Shown here: positions 16,191 to 25,658 of the stretch, one piece after another
Numbering within the stretch: position 1 is the first letter of the stretch
Layout: the number at the start of each line of letters is the position of its first letter
Source of the DNA: Methanothermobacter marburgensis str. Marburg
GTDB taxonomy: Archaea; Methanobacteriota; Methanobacteria; Methanobacteriales; Methanothermobacteraceae
Reading direction: 5' to 3'
DNA length: 32,000 nucleotides
NCBI RefSeq assembly: GCF_000145295.1
Contig: NC_014408.1
Location: 1,020,001-1,052,000, forward strand
The notes under the pieces: generated by a model
Databases searched by the model: none
What the model saw: the letters and a program-made list of their open reading frames with translations, nothing else
What the model was told of the DNA's origin: nothing
Translations under genes and position numbers: made by a program

Positions 16191-17201
16191 TTACACGGTT
16201 TCAATAACCCTTATAATCCTTGTGAGGCTCCTGTGCATCCTCATGGAGTATTTTTCTCTTACTGTGAACCTATCATCGATGAGTCCCTCAAGGTCAATGT
16301 AGTGGGGTGCTGCCATGCATATCACACCATCCTCTTTAAGATTTGAGTATGCTGAGTTCAGGAACTCCCTGTAGAGTTTCTCGCTCCTCTCACCTGCAGT
16401 TGATGCTGATATTCCATATGGGGGGTCTGTCACTATTGCATCCACCCCTCCCTCAAGCCTCAGATCCCTGGCATCGGATCTTATAACCTCAAAATCAGTT
16501 ATACCATAGTGCTGAAGGTTTTTCCGTGTGCCCTCAACCATCCTCCAGTCTATATCCGCACCCATCACCCTCACATCCATGAGGCCTGCCTCTATGAGTA
16601 TCCCCCCTGTACCGCAGAATGGGTCTAGGAGTCTGTCACCGGACCTCACACCTGCGAGGTTCACCATACACCTTGCAAGTTTCGGACTCATCGAGCCCGG
16701 ATAGAAGAATGGTCTTCTGTGTGGTCTGGCCTTGTTGAAGTGATCCTTACTTATCTCTGCAAGGCGCAGTGTGAGGATGAATCTGTCGTCAATGAGTACC
16801 GGCCTTACAAGGGTCCAGGGATTCTCAAGATCAACCCTTGCTCCTGTCTTATTTTTTATGATGGCCCCAAGACCTCTCTCAAGTTCCCTGGCGTCAACCT
16901 CACCCCTGAGCTTCTTTATCCTTACCGCAAAACTGCCCTTAATATGACTCTTCCAGTCTATTTTCTCTGCTGTCCCTTCAATCCCACCGGTGGTGGAGTA
17001 TCCCATGACCCTGCAGATTTCATGGGCGTATGCAAGCCTCCCCTTAAGGATTTTCCATGTTGATGATGGAGCATCCAGAATCACATATCCCCTTCCATCC
17101 TCAATTAAACTGAATTCTATACCCTCTGACCTCAGAACAGATTTGAGTTCAGCAGAGGGGAGTTCAGGGTGTTCCTGTGAGAGTATGACCATTATTTCCA
17201 T
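16191..17201 (-). CDS. THUMP-domain tRNA (guanine(10)-N2)-methyltransferase, Trm-G10/Trm11 family
   Basis: 336 aa, with the SAM motif DPFCGTGGILIEAG and the catalytic TDPPYG. The N-terminal half has the expected THUMP-like size. Confidence 0.7.
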   Translation of the reverse strand: MEIMVILSQEHPELPSAELKSVLRSEGIEFSLIEDGRGYVILDAPSSTWKILKGRLAYAHEICRVMGYSTTGGIEGTAEKIDWKSHIKGSFAVRIKKLRGEVDARELERGLGAIIKNKTGARVDLENPWTLVRPVLIDDRFILTLRLAEISKDHFNKARPHRRPFFYPGSMSPKLARCMVNLAGVRSGDRLLDPFCGTGGILIEAGLMDVRVMGADIDWRMVEGTRKNLQHYGITDFEVIRSDARDLRLEGGVDAIVTDPPYGISASTAGERSEKLYREFLNSAYSNLKEDGVICMAAPHYIDLEGLIDDRFTVREKYSMRMHRSLTRIIRVIETV

Positions 17202-18322
17202 ATGCTGGCCACCTTCCTTGAGATGATGGATGGTATTATCCTGAAGAGGAGGCCACTCTTAAGGAATTCCATTATGAGCGGTGTCTGTATGTCCATGTCC
17301 CCGTACCTCGATATTATCTCCTCAGCACCGTACTCCTTCATCTTGAGGAAGATATGGTCGAGGTCCTCATCGGATAGTATCCTGAAGGTCCTCTGCACCC
17401 TCATCTGGTTTTTCATCTCAGCCATGTAGAGCTTCCTGCAGACTTCCTGGTAGTTCTCAAGTAGCCCCATGTCATCCTCGAGGGCCATCTGGATGACCTC
17501 CGCCGCCACGTGGGCAGCCCTGGATGCAAGAACTATGCCTCCGCCGGTTGTGGGTTTAACCTGTCCTGCGGCATCACCTATCCTGATGCATCTTCCCCCT
17601 ACAAGTTCCATATCAGGGTCTGGTTCCGGTATGAATCCATGGTGGCTCTCCATGATCCTGAAATCTGTGCTGAGATCTGAAATGAATCCCTTAATAAGAT
17701 CCTTGAGATTTTTATGGTGTCCGAATGCACCCACACGGGCTGTTTTCTCATCAAGGGGTATTCTCCAGAGGAAACCTGGTGAGAGGCGTGAGTCGACCCT
17801 GAGGTCAACAAAGTCTGTGTCCATTTCCTGGTCCCTGAACCTCACAAGGAACTGCCTTGCCGGGTACTTGTCGCGGATAGCGACCTGACCCCTTGCATCC
17901 ACAAGCACACTGGCCCTAAGAGTTCTTCCATTTACCTCAACCTCGCCTGTGGCCTCACTGAAGTCCCTAACGGCTGTTCCTGTTCTCAGCTCAGCACCTG
18001 CTTCGCATGCAAGGTCTGCAAGGTACTGGTCATAGGCTGTCCTGTCAATCACATGTGCCTCGGGCCTCTTCCTGGAAACCCTGAGTTTTATGCCTGATGG
18101 TGAATGCAGCACCGCACCCCTTACACTGTTCAGTATTAAGTTGTCCGGGAGTACATTTGCCTCGGTTATCCTATGGGATATGAGTCCTGCACACTGGAGG
18201 GGAACACCCAGTATTTTTTTCCTGTCAAGGACGCCCACCCTGAATCCCATGCTGGCAGTGAGCCTTGCAATCGTTGAACCCGCCGGCCCGGCTCCCATGA
18301 TGATGACATCGTATTCAGTCAT
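17192..18322 (-). CDS. Geranylgeranyl reductase family FAD-dependent oxidoreductase
   Basis: The dinucleotide-binding motif YDVIIMGAGPAGS is at the N-terminus. ATG 18322 is preceded by AGGAGG (6-nt spacer). The listed GTG 18328 lies within the SD. Confidence 0.75.
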   Translation of the reverse strand: MTEYDVIIMGAGPAGSTIARLTASMGFRVGVLDRKKILGVPLQCAGLISHRITEANVLPDNLILNSVRGAVLHSPSGIKLRVSRKRPEAHVIDRTAYDQYLADLACEAGAELRTGTAVRDFSEATGEVEVNGRTLRASVLVDARGQVAIRDKYPARQFLVRFRDQEMDTDFVDLRVDSRLSPGFLWRIPLDEKTARVGAFGHHKNLKDLIKGFISDLSTDFRIMESHHGFIPEPDPDMELVGGRCIRIGDAAGQVKPTTGGGIVLASRAAHVAAEVIQMALEDDMGLLENYQEVCRKLYMAEMKNQMRVQRTFRILSDEDLDHIFLKMKEYGAEEIISRYGDMDIQTPLIMEFLKSGLLFRIIPSIISRKVASIWK

Positions 18323-19049
18323 TCTCACCCTCCTCTCTGGACCTCCTGAATTTCCGTGAATGCCTCTCCATTACAGACTCTTCACTGCCTCCCATTTCAT
18401 GGGGGGATTCTTCAGGAGTGTTTTCATCAAATTCATCTGTATCCTCCCAGAACTTGGGGTCTGCGAATCCCCGCCCTTTCTGTCTTTCTGATGATAGTTC
18501 CCTGAGTATCTCCTCTGCCTCATCAACTGATCGGTGTTCTGTGAAGCGGTTAATGTGGTACTCGATCCTGGCCGGGAATGGGGCATCCTCAAGGATTATG
18601 TGGGTATCCTCATGGCCGCCGCGGATCTCTATATCCGCAGAGTCCAGGAGCCTCTCCATGATACCCTGTGAGAAGGATATGTCCACTATCTTGCTGTGGT
18701 TCATGTAGAACCTCCTCTTCCTTAAAACTCCACTCTCAACTATAACCCTGTGGTCGGTGATTATGTAGCGCCTGCTCCTCCATGAGATCACATCCCAGAG
18801 CACACTGAGCACCAGCAGGATAAAAGCAGCAGTTAAAATCCAGACAACCTTATCTGCAACCGTGAACCCGTACCTCATAATGAGAAGGTTATCAAGGTCC
18901 CCTGCAAATTTAACCGCCGCCGGGAAGATGTATATGATGAGTGCAAGGAACAGGATTTTTATGATGGATGACTTTGAGTTGAGGATGAACCTTGGCCGTG
19001 TTTCATATAGAACCCTTTCACCTGGATATAACCTCTCCCTGCCAAACAT
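18315..19049 (-). CDS. Membrane protein with a bacterial-type PH (YdbS/YdbT-like, DUF304) domain and an acidic tail
   Basis: Two TM helices are followed by RRYIITDHRVIVESGVLRKRRFYMNHSKIVDISFSQGIMERLLDSADIEI. Confidence 0.6.
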   Translation of the reverse strand: MFGRERLYPGERVLYETRPRFILNSKSSIIKILFLALIIYIFPAAVKFAGDLDNLLIMRYGFTVADKVVWILTAAFILLVLSVLWDVISWRSRRYIITDHRVIVESGVLRKRRFYMNHSKIVDISFSQGIMERLLDSADIEIRGGHEDTHIILEDAPFPARIEYHINRFTEHRSVDEAEEILRELSSERQKGRGFADPKFWEDTDEFDENTPEESPHEMGGSEESVMERHSRKFRRSREEGEND

Positions 19050-19184
19050 GTTATCACAGTGAACTTACATAGATTAAAAGGAGTTAACTTCACTGTACAT
19101 AATTGTTTGCATGTGTTTTTATATCTAATGGTTGGTTCAGAAAAGAACTTCAGGAATTGAGCATAGAAGAGGGGCACTGATTAA

Positions 19185-19910
19185 ATGACAGCGGAGAATA
19201 TAAACATCGGGGAAACCCATATAAGGCTCAGAACCGATATCGAGGACCATGGAGTTGCTGGTTTCATTTTGGGGGAGAGAATGAAACTCATAGGTCATAT
19301 ACAGAGAAATCACGAGTTTTTAACATCCCTTGAACCCATCCATGTGAGTGAGGGGCCCCTTATAGTGAGAATGATGTCCCGTGCATCAGGGAAGGCTGAT
19401 GTGGGACCAATGGCTGCTGTGGCGGGAACAATAGCCCAGCTATCCCTCATGCACCTCATGGGCCTAGGCTCCAGGTGCAGTATAGTGGACAATGGCGGGG
19501 ACATCGCCCTCGTGAACAACCGTAAGGTTACCGTGGGACTTTATGCCGGTTCATCATCACTTTCAGGGACCGTGGGTTTTCTCCTGAAGCCAGGTTCCCC
19601 CAGGGGTATATGCACGTCCTCTGGTACAGTGGGTCACTCCATAAGCTTTGGCAGGGCCGACTCTGTGACGGTATTCGCATCTGAGGCCAGCACCGCAGAT
19701 GCCCTTGCAACCTCAATAGCCAACAGTGCGGATGGCCCCGATGATAGATCCGCGGTTGAGAGCGCGCTTGAGAGGGCTGATGACTTTCGTGAGCACTTCA
19801 GAGGGGTTATGATTGTGGTGGGTGAGCATGCAGGCACGGTGGGGAAGATACCGAAACTCGTAATGACCGATAGAAAAGCCGTGCTTTCAGACCTCTGGGA
19901 GGAAGTCTAA
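19185..19910 (+). CDS. UPF0280 / ApbE-like superfamily protein
   Basis: The pattern [17 protein letters not shown] and [20 protein letters not shown] is typical of archaeal UPF0280 (from memory). Confidence 0.6.
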   Translation: MTAENINIGETHIRLRTDIEDHGVAGFILGERMKLIGHIQRNHEFLTSLEPIHVSEGPLIVRMMSRASGKADVGPMAAVAGTIAQLSLMHLMGLGSRCSIVDNGGDIALVNNRKVTVGLYAGSSSLSGTVGFLLKPGSPRGICTSSGTVGHSISFGRADSVTVFASEASTADALATSIANSADGPDDRSAVESALERADDFREHFRGVMIVVGEHAGTVGKIPKLVMTDRKAVLSDLWEEV

Positions 19911-20060
19911 CTGAAGATCCTAAAACTAAGCCTTACTCTGGAAGAAATCCAGTTGATAATCAATTAATCTCAGAAAAAAATAATAGGATTACAGCCTCAG
20001 ATCGCCCATCATTCATCACCTATTCAGAGCTCATAGGGTTCATCACAGGCTGCGGTGTGT

Positions 20061-21293
20061 TTAGCCGAACATCACGCCGGTTTCCTGCTTGTATTCCTCT
20101 TCCTTCTCAACACCCATTATCTTATCAACGGCGTCCATGAAGTCATTCATTGTGACCTCATCACGTTCCTCCCTTATGGCGAACATACCTGCCTCTGTAC
20201 ATATCGCCTTGAGGTCCGCGCCGGATGCACCGTCTGTGATCCTTGCAAGGAGTTCAATGTCAACTTCCTCTGCAAGGGCCATTCCAGATGTGTGTATCTT
20301 GAGGATCTCCCTCCTGCCGTCCTCATTTGGCAGTGGAACCTCAATGAACCTGTCAAATCTTCCAGGGCGGAGAAGTGCAGGATCCAGGATGTCAGGCCTG
20401 TTGGTTGCAGCGACTATACCAACATTACCCCTGGATTCAAAGCCATCAAGCTCTGCAAGGAGCTGCATCAGTGTCCTCTGAACCTCCCTGTCCCCGCTTG
20501 TTGAACTCTTAAGTCTCTTGGCTGCCACAGCGTCAATTTCATCTATGAATATTATGCTGGGGGCCTTCTCCTTGGCCAGCTCAAAGACTCCCCTCACCAG
20601 CCTTGCACCTTCACCTATGTACTTTCTGACGAACTCTGATGCAACTATCTTTATGAAGGTGGCGTTGGTTTCATGTGCAACGGCCTTTGCAAGGAGTGTT
20701 TTACCTGTACCCGGGGGTCCGTAGAGCAGTACACCCTTTGGTGGTTCTATACCTATCTTCTCAAATAGTTCAGGTTTTTTAAGTGGTAATTCCACTGTCT
20801 CCTTGACCTCACGTACCTGTTCCTCGAGGCCACCTATCTGCTCATAGGAGACGTCCGGTTTTTCTTCAACTTCCATACCCGTTACCACGGGGTCCTTCTC
20901 TGATGGAAGCACATCCACTATGCTGAATGTCTGCTGGTTGAGTGCAACCCTGGCACCTGGCTCCAGCTGCTTCTTATCAATGAATCTTGAATAGTTTATT
21001 ACGAAGTGAGGGCCTGTGCTGCTCTTAACTGCGACCCTGTGATCATCAAGAACCTCTGTGATGGTGGCTATGACCAGTGGCGGGGTTCTGAATCTTTCAA
21101 TCTCACCACGGAGAGATTTAACCTCCCTGTCAAGCCTTGTCTTCTCATTTTCAATTAAAAGTTTATCCTTCTCAAGCTTTCTGATCTTCCACATCAGATT
21201 CCTTTTTGTCTTTGAATTCTCCTCTTTAAGCATTCTAATTTCTTTTTTGAGGTCCTCAATCTTTTTTAATACATTCTGGGAGTTATTTTCCAT
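20061..21293 (-). CDS. pan: Proteasome-activating nucleotidase (AAA+ ATPase)
   Basis: An N-terminal coiled coil, an OB region, Walker A GPPGTGKT and Walker B IIFIDEID are present, in 410 aa. Confidence 0.9.
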   Translation of the reverse strand: MENNSQNVLKKIEDLKKEIRMLKEENSKTKRNLMWKIRKLEKDKLLIENEKTRLDREVKSLRGEIERFRTPPLVIATITEVLDDHRVAVKSSTGPHFVINYSRFIDKKQLEPGARVALNQQTFSIVDVLPSEKDPVVTGMEVEEKPDVSYEQIGGLEEQVREVKETVELPLKKPELFEKIGIEPPKGVLLYGPPGTGKTLLAKAVAHETNATFIKIVASEFVRKYIGEGARLVRGVFELAKEKAPSIIFIDEIDAVAAKRLKSSTSGDREVQRTLMQLLAELDGFESRGNVGIVAATNRPDILDPALLRPGRFDRFIEVPLPNEDGRREILKIHTSGMALAEEVDIELLARITDGASGADLKAICTEAGMFAIREERDEVTMNDFMDAVDKIMGVEKEEEYKQETGVMFG

Positions 21294-21345
21294 GATTTTA
21301 GAACACTCCTATTTAAATTTTGTTGTATACTATCTTGTTTCTAGT

Positions 21346-21359
21346 AATATTTAAATATT
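21346..21359. promoter_or_regulatory. Perfect 14-nt palindromic TATA-like element between the divergent pan and mbf1 genes
   Basis: aatatttaaatatt equals its own reverse complement. It lies ~53 nt from the pan ATG and ~41 nt from the mbf1 ATG. Confidence 0.35.
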
Positions 21360-21399
21360 GGGGTGGGATAAAACTAGTATAAAATAAAAAGGGATCTTC

Positions 21400-21873
21400 A
21401 TGAGATGCGAGATTTGCGGCAAAAAGATTGTTGGAAAACCTGTGAAGACCAAAATCGACAGTTCAGTGATGGATGTATGCAGAGAATGCTCTAAGTTCGG
21501 TAAAATCATCAGGGAACCTTCCAGACCAAGACCCACCAAGGCGGGTGTTAGGAGAGCCCCTAAGAGGTCAAGGAGGCCAATGGAAACCCTATATGAGGTT
21601 GTTGAGGGTTACGGTGAGATCATAAGGGCTGAGAGAGAGTCCCGGGGATGGTCAAGGGAGGATCTCGCAGAGAGAATCAATGAGAAGGTCTCAGTCATAA
21701 ACAGGATTGAATCTGAGAGAATGGAACCCGACATCAAACTTGCAAGGAAACTCGAGAAGCTCCTTAAAATAAAGATCCTGGAGAAATTCGAGGCCGGTGA
21801 AGAGGAAAGGATTGAGGTTGGAGGGTTCCGCGGAGCAACCATAGGTGATATAGCAAGAATAAAAAGGGGTTGA
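21400..21873 (+). CDS. mbf1: Archaeal multiprotein bridging factor 1 (zinc ribbon + Xre-type HTH)
   Basis: The zinc ribbon is CEICGKK...CRECSKFG. The C-terminal HTH is GWSREDLAERINEKVSVINRIESERMEPDIKLARKLEKLL. Confidence 0.8.
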   Translation: MRCEICGKKIVGKPVKTKIDSSVMDVCRECSKFGKIIREPSRPRPTKAGVRRAPKRSRRPMETLYEVVEGYGEIIRAERESRGWSREDLAERINEKVSVINRIESERMEPDIKLARKLEKLLKIKILEKFEAGEEERIEVGGFRGATIGDIARIKRG

Positions 21874-21893
21874 ATGATTCCCCCTGTGGACAC

Positions 21894-22256
21894 TCACCTC
21901 TTTTTATATGAATAATAACCCTTGAGGACCTTCAGAGTGCCGAACATTTCCCTGAGGTCCTCATATTCATCATATTCGCTGCTCACAACAATTATGTGGG
22001 CCGGTGGATGTATCCTCCTCACAGCCATTATGGTCTCTGTATCACCCTCCTCAACCTCAACTGCGGCTGCAACCCTGGATCTGGTCCTGAGGTTACCTCC
22101 AAGTATGGATGCTGCCATTTTATCTGCGATTTCATGTTTCATTATTCGGGGCCTGCCCCTTACCCTCAGGCCAGCATGTCTTTCAAGATCCGCAAGGGCA
22201 TTCAGGATCTTATCTCTGCTATCAGCCCTTAATATTATTAGAGACACATTAACCAC
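21894..22256 (-). CDS. Hypothetical protein
   Basis: 120-aa ORF with a GTG start. I recognise no family. Confidence 0.45.
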   Translation of the reverse strand: MVNVSLIILRADSRDKILNALADLERHAGLRVRGRPRIMKHEIADKMAASILGGNLRTRSRVAAAVEVEEGDTETIMAVRRIHPPAHIIVVSSEYDEYEDLREMFGTLKVLKGYYSYKKR

Positions 22257-22268
22257 TTTTTAATGGAT

Positions 22269-23525
22269 TTAAACCCTTCTGAATGAACTTATCAGGCTGC
22301 TCCTGAAGAGTACCAGGAGTACCATCACAAAGCCCAGGGCGGTCTGTATGTTGCCCAGGAGATCCAGAAGATTTGAACTTACAGGCAGCTCCATTGGTGG
22401 TGCTGTCCGATCGTCTGGTAGTGGTGTGTAGTAGACACCAACCGCCCTTGAACTTGGTTTAACATTTATATCCTTGGGTTCAACGTAGTTCACGCCCACA
22501 AGGAATCCGTTCTTTATTGCCCTGTTTATGGATCTTGCTATGGCCTCTGCACTGTAACCATTCTTTCTGACTGAGGCCCTCACAATCTCCTGAGTGGTCT
22601 GCACAACACCTGCCTCCTCTGTTCCGTACACTGAAACTGAAACAGAGCCGTTGGTCACTGTTATGGCGTCCTTAAGGGCTTCGTATGCATAGATCACCCT
22701 GAGTTTACTTCCATCAATCGGGCAGACCTGATAGCTTTCGGCTGCAGGGTAACCTATGCTCCATCCGCACTCATCGCATACCTTGACGTAGGGCTCATCC
22801 ATTGGATAACCCGTCTCATTGAGGTTCTCAGGGGTGAACATGTCCCCTGTGGATACCCCTGAATCGAGGTTCACTGCACCACCACCGTATTTTTCACCGG
22901 CGTCCTTTGCCACCTCCTCGAAGACCTTCCCAACTATGTAGGTGGCTGGGTAACCATCCCTTATCATCTTACCTATGTTCACCGCTGTCTCCTGGCGCAC
23001 CCTCGTTGCGGTACCATACTTGGGGTTACCATGTGTGTTCCTGAGGTGTATTATTGCACCCTTCTTCCCTGGTGGGAGGACAGCAAGCCCGCCTGAGTAT
23101 GGTGTCACCGTTATTGTACCATCATCCTCCACGATAACCACATAGGCATCGAAGGATCCGCCAACCGCCGCACCTATACCCGGGCCTCCACACATTACCC
23201 TGATCCCCGGGTAACTGTTGGCTGCTGATGCAGCCTCCGCAGCTGTGGCCCCATTCTCAAGGCGGTTTATAACATCCATTATCGCCATGAGCCTTGGTAT
23301 GGACGCACCTTCACCCCCTGAGAGTACAGCGAATCGTTTCTCCTTGGACATGAGAAATGTGGACTGGAACATGTTCTGTGCAAATGACATACTCCCTGCT
23401 GCTGCGCCGTTGGGATCTGCGCCGTTGGGGTCCGTGATTACGATGACGTTCATCGTGGCGGATACAGGACCTATGAGAAGGTTGAATATGAATATAAGGG
23501 CGATTAGCCTTGAAATTTTATGCAC
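22269..23525 (-). CDS. Secreted protein with an N-terminal signal peptide and a C-terminal TM anchor, function unknown
   Basis: 418 aa. The N-terminus is MHKISRLIALIFIFNLLIGPVSA and the C-terminus ALGFVMVLLVLF. It starts 4 nt after the upstream gene ends. Confidence 0.6.
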   Translation of the reverse strand: MHKISRLIALIFIFNLLIGPVSATMNVIVITDPNGADPNGAAAGSMSFAQNMFQSTFLMSKEKRFAVLSGGEGASIPRLMAIMDVINRLENGATAAEAASAANSYPGIRVMCGGPGIGAAVGGSFDAYVVIVEDDGTITVTPYSGGLAVLPPGKKGAIIHLRNTHGNPKYGTATRVRQETAVNIGKMIRDGYPATYIVGKVFEEVAKDAGEKYGGGAVNLDSGVSTGDMFTPENLNETGYPMDEPYVKVCDECGWSIGYPAAESYQVCPIDGSKLRVIYAYEALKDAITVTNGSVSVSVYGTEEAGVVQTTQEIVRASVRKNGYSAEAIARSINRAIKNGFLVGVNYVEPKDINVKPSSRAVGVYYTPLPDDRTAPPMELPVSSNLLDLLGNIQTALGFVMVLLVLFRSSLISSFRRV

Positions 23526-23528
23526 CGG

Positions 23529-23966
23529 TTACCCTCCTGTTCTGTTAGTGATTTTAACTGTTGAAAAGTCCTCAATGACATTGACAGTCACTATACCCGT
23601 TCTGGTGTCCACCTTCACATCTGCAGCCGCTATTGGCGTGACACGTGTACCTGGAATTGTTGTTCTTTTAACAAATTTCTCCGCGTTTTCTATTGCCTCG
23701 CTCAGCGGAACCTTCCTCTTGGATGTTACGAGTATATCCCCCTTTATGTAGCTCCCCGGTCTGAATCCAGCAGCATACACGTTGGTCTTTATGGATGAGA
23801 GTGGGACTATATCGTTACCCTTCACTATGACACCAGATATTGGAACTCCCCCCTCATCCTCCATCGATGAGGCATAGGCAAGGTATGTCATCACGCGCCC
23901 CGACAGGATGAGTATGAATGCCAGGAGGAGTATCACAAGCGTGTCCCTTCTGATCTTTATGAGCAT
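23529..23966 (-). CDS. N-terminally anchored membrane protein, function unknown
   Basis: 145 aa with a single TM (LVILLLAFILILSG). It is probably co-transcribed with 22269..23525. Confidence 0.55.
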   Translation of the reverse strand: MLIKIRRDTLVILLLAFILILSGRVMTYLAYASSMEDEGGVPISGVIVKGNDIVPLSSIKTNVYAAGFRPGSYIKGDILVTSKRKVPLSEAIENAEKFVKRTTIPGTRVTPIAAADVKVDTRTGIVTVNVIEDFSTVKITNRTGG

Positions 23967-24026
23967 TACACTTCACCTTTAAACTGCAGTTTCTTACAGT
24001 TACTGAATATTAATTCTTGGCTCAAG

Positions 24027-24045
24027 GTTTATAAAGATTGAGCAA
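24027..24045. promoter_or_regulatory. TATA-like 19-nt element ggtttataaagattgagca, copy 1 of 2
   Basis: Exact repeat of 24093..24111. The palindromic core is TTTATAAA, 61 nt upstream of the start at 23966. Confidence 0.4.
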
Positions 24046-24092
24046 CGGCGAGTAACCACCATCAAGTACAAACTGCAAGGCAGCCATGTAAG

Positions 24093-24111
24093 GGTTTATA
24101 AAGATTGAGCA
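24093..24111. promoter_or_regulatory. TATA-like 19-nt element ggtttataaagattgagca, copy 2 of 2
   Basis: Exact repeat of 24027..24045, 66 nt further upstream. Confidence 0.35.
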
Positions 24112-24170
24112 GCAGGAGATGGTGCTGATTGAGATGCTGACAAAATATCCAGCGCCCCTGAAAAGTTAAT

Positions 24171-25652
24171 TCAGGAGCTTTTACGGGTTAAATCTCCTAT
24201 AACATCCGCTGCAGGGTCCATTCCCTGGGCACCAAGGAGGAGAACCGTGTCAGAGGGTTCTGCATTTTCCAGGACTCTTCTGAGTGCGTCCCTCAGATTT
24301 TCAATATGGGTATACCCTATCCCGTTCTCATCCAGGACATGCAGGAAGACCCTCCTCTCGTTTTCAAGTACCCTGTTCTGCTCATCAACAAGGTCGCTGC
24401 TTGATGTTACTATGAGCTCCACATCAAGGTCCTTCAGTGACTCTGCCAGGGCCTCCGCATTCATGATGTTGATGTCCTCTCCCCTGGATCCCCTGATGGC
24501 ATTCACGACCCACAGTCTCCCCTTGAGGTCACAGGCTGCGCTTCTGACCGTTGCCCTTATGCCGTCTGGGTTGTGGGCGAAGTCATCGATGACCCTGGGA
24601 TTATCCATGAGATGGGTGAATCTCCTTTTAAGTGCCCTGTAAGTTTCAACACCCCTCCTCACATCCTCATATGAGAATCCCAGTTCCAGTGCTGCTGTGA
24701 TCGCTGCAAGGGTGTTCTGTATGAAGTGTTCACCTGTGAATGGGAGTTCATCTGTCTGAATTATAAGATCATCTCCGCAGTGGATCCCATTCCCAGTGTA
24801 CCTCACAGGTCCATGGGATCCATAGAAGACCGTCCTGAGGAGGGGGTTGATATCTGCCATTGCCCTGACCCTCTCATCATCAGAGTTCAGTACAGCAACC
24901 CCTGAATCCATCGCCCTGAGGGCTCCTGAAACCTCCCTGAAGACGTCATCCACCGATTCAACCAGTCCTATGTGGTCCATAGCAACGTTGGTTATGACAA
25001 CCATCTCTGGCTGTATTGCTGAGGTCATGAGTTGGGCGTGGTCCCTCATAACCCTTCCAAGCCAGCCCTGAACCTCTGAAACCTCGATGACCATGAATTC
25101 CAGCTGCTCCCTGCTGGCGGCCTCTGCTATATGCTGCGCGACTACAGGGTCGATGAGGGTGTTGAACTCGGACCTTGAATCTGTATTGGTGTAGGATGAC
25201 CTGCCGGCTGTGGTTATGATGTGGTTGATCATGTGGGTGGTGGTTGATTTCCCGTTGGTACCTGTTACAGCTATCCTCCTGGAGGAAGATGCAAACCTGT
25301 TTATCGTCCATGATAGTGCAAGGGCATTTGCGATTTCAATACGATCCACAAGGATGATGGGGACATCAAGAACCTTTGAGGCATCGGACCTCAAATCCTG
25401 GGTTATTATGGCTGCAACACCCCTTTCTGAGGCAATCTGGATCCCCCTATCGTCAATCCAGTGCCTTATAACAATGTCACCTTCCTCTGCAGCCCCCAGG
25501 GTTGTGAATTTACCCCTGAACTCCCCGCCATTTCCCAGGAGTTTTCCTGAAATCCTTCCTGCGATTTCCTCGATGTCCATCCTATCCACCATCCTCTGAG
25601 ATTTCTGATGAGGGGGACAGCAATCTTGAGAGTTCCACAATGTCCACCCCAT
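24171..25652 (-). CDS. Mur ligase family protein (pseudomurein peptide ligase candidate)
   Basis: The P-loop VTGTNGKSTT and the Mur ligase middle and C-terminal domain pattern are present. The start is uncertain: ATG 25652, 25592 or 25580. The first 20 codons look atypical. Confidence 0.8.
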   Translation of the reverse strand: MGWTLWNSQDCCPPHQKSQRMVDRMDIEEIAGRISGKLLGNGGEFRGKFTTLGAAEEGDIVIRHWIDDRGIQIASERGVAAIITQDLRSDASKVLDVPIILVDRIEIANALALSWTINRFASSSRRIAVTGTNGKSTTTHMINHIITTAGRSSYTNTDSRSEFNTLIDPVVAQHIAEAASREQLEFMVIEVSEVQGWLGRVMRDHAQLMTSAIQPEMVVITNVAMDHIGLVESVDDVFREVSGALRAMDSGVAVLNSDDERVRAMADINPLLRTVFYGSHGPVRYTGNGIHCGDDLIIQTDELPFTGEHFIQNTLAAITAALELGFSYEDVRRGVETYRALKRRFTHLMDNPRVIDDFAHNPDGIRATVRSAACDLKGRLWVVNAIRGSRGEDINIMNAEALAESLKDLDVELIVTSSSDLVDEQNRVLENERRVFLHVLDENGIGYTHIENLRDALRRVLENAEPSDTVLLLGAQGMDPAADVIGDLTRKSS

Positions 25653-25658
25653 ACACCA

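Noticed and set aside
19911-20060. The spacer between convergent 19185..19910 and pan was scanned for a terminator hairpin or RNA gene (for example ttgataatcaa).
   Set aside because: The only palindrome has a 1-nt loop and cannot fold. There are no convincing stems or tRNA-like features.
20061-20072. The PAN C-terminus ends in Met-Phe-Gly rather than the hydrophobic-Tyr-X (HbYX) gate-opening motif.
   Set aside because: Phe for Tyr is a conservative aromatic change, and without an alignment of PAN orthologues I cannot say it is unusual. It is recorded only as an observation.
23395-23430. 15-nt tandem duplication encoding DPNGADPNGA near the N-terminus of the 418-aa secreted protein.
   Set aside because: It is a trivial two-unit in-frame duplication just after the signal peptide, with no evidence of function.
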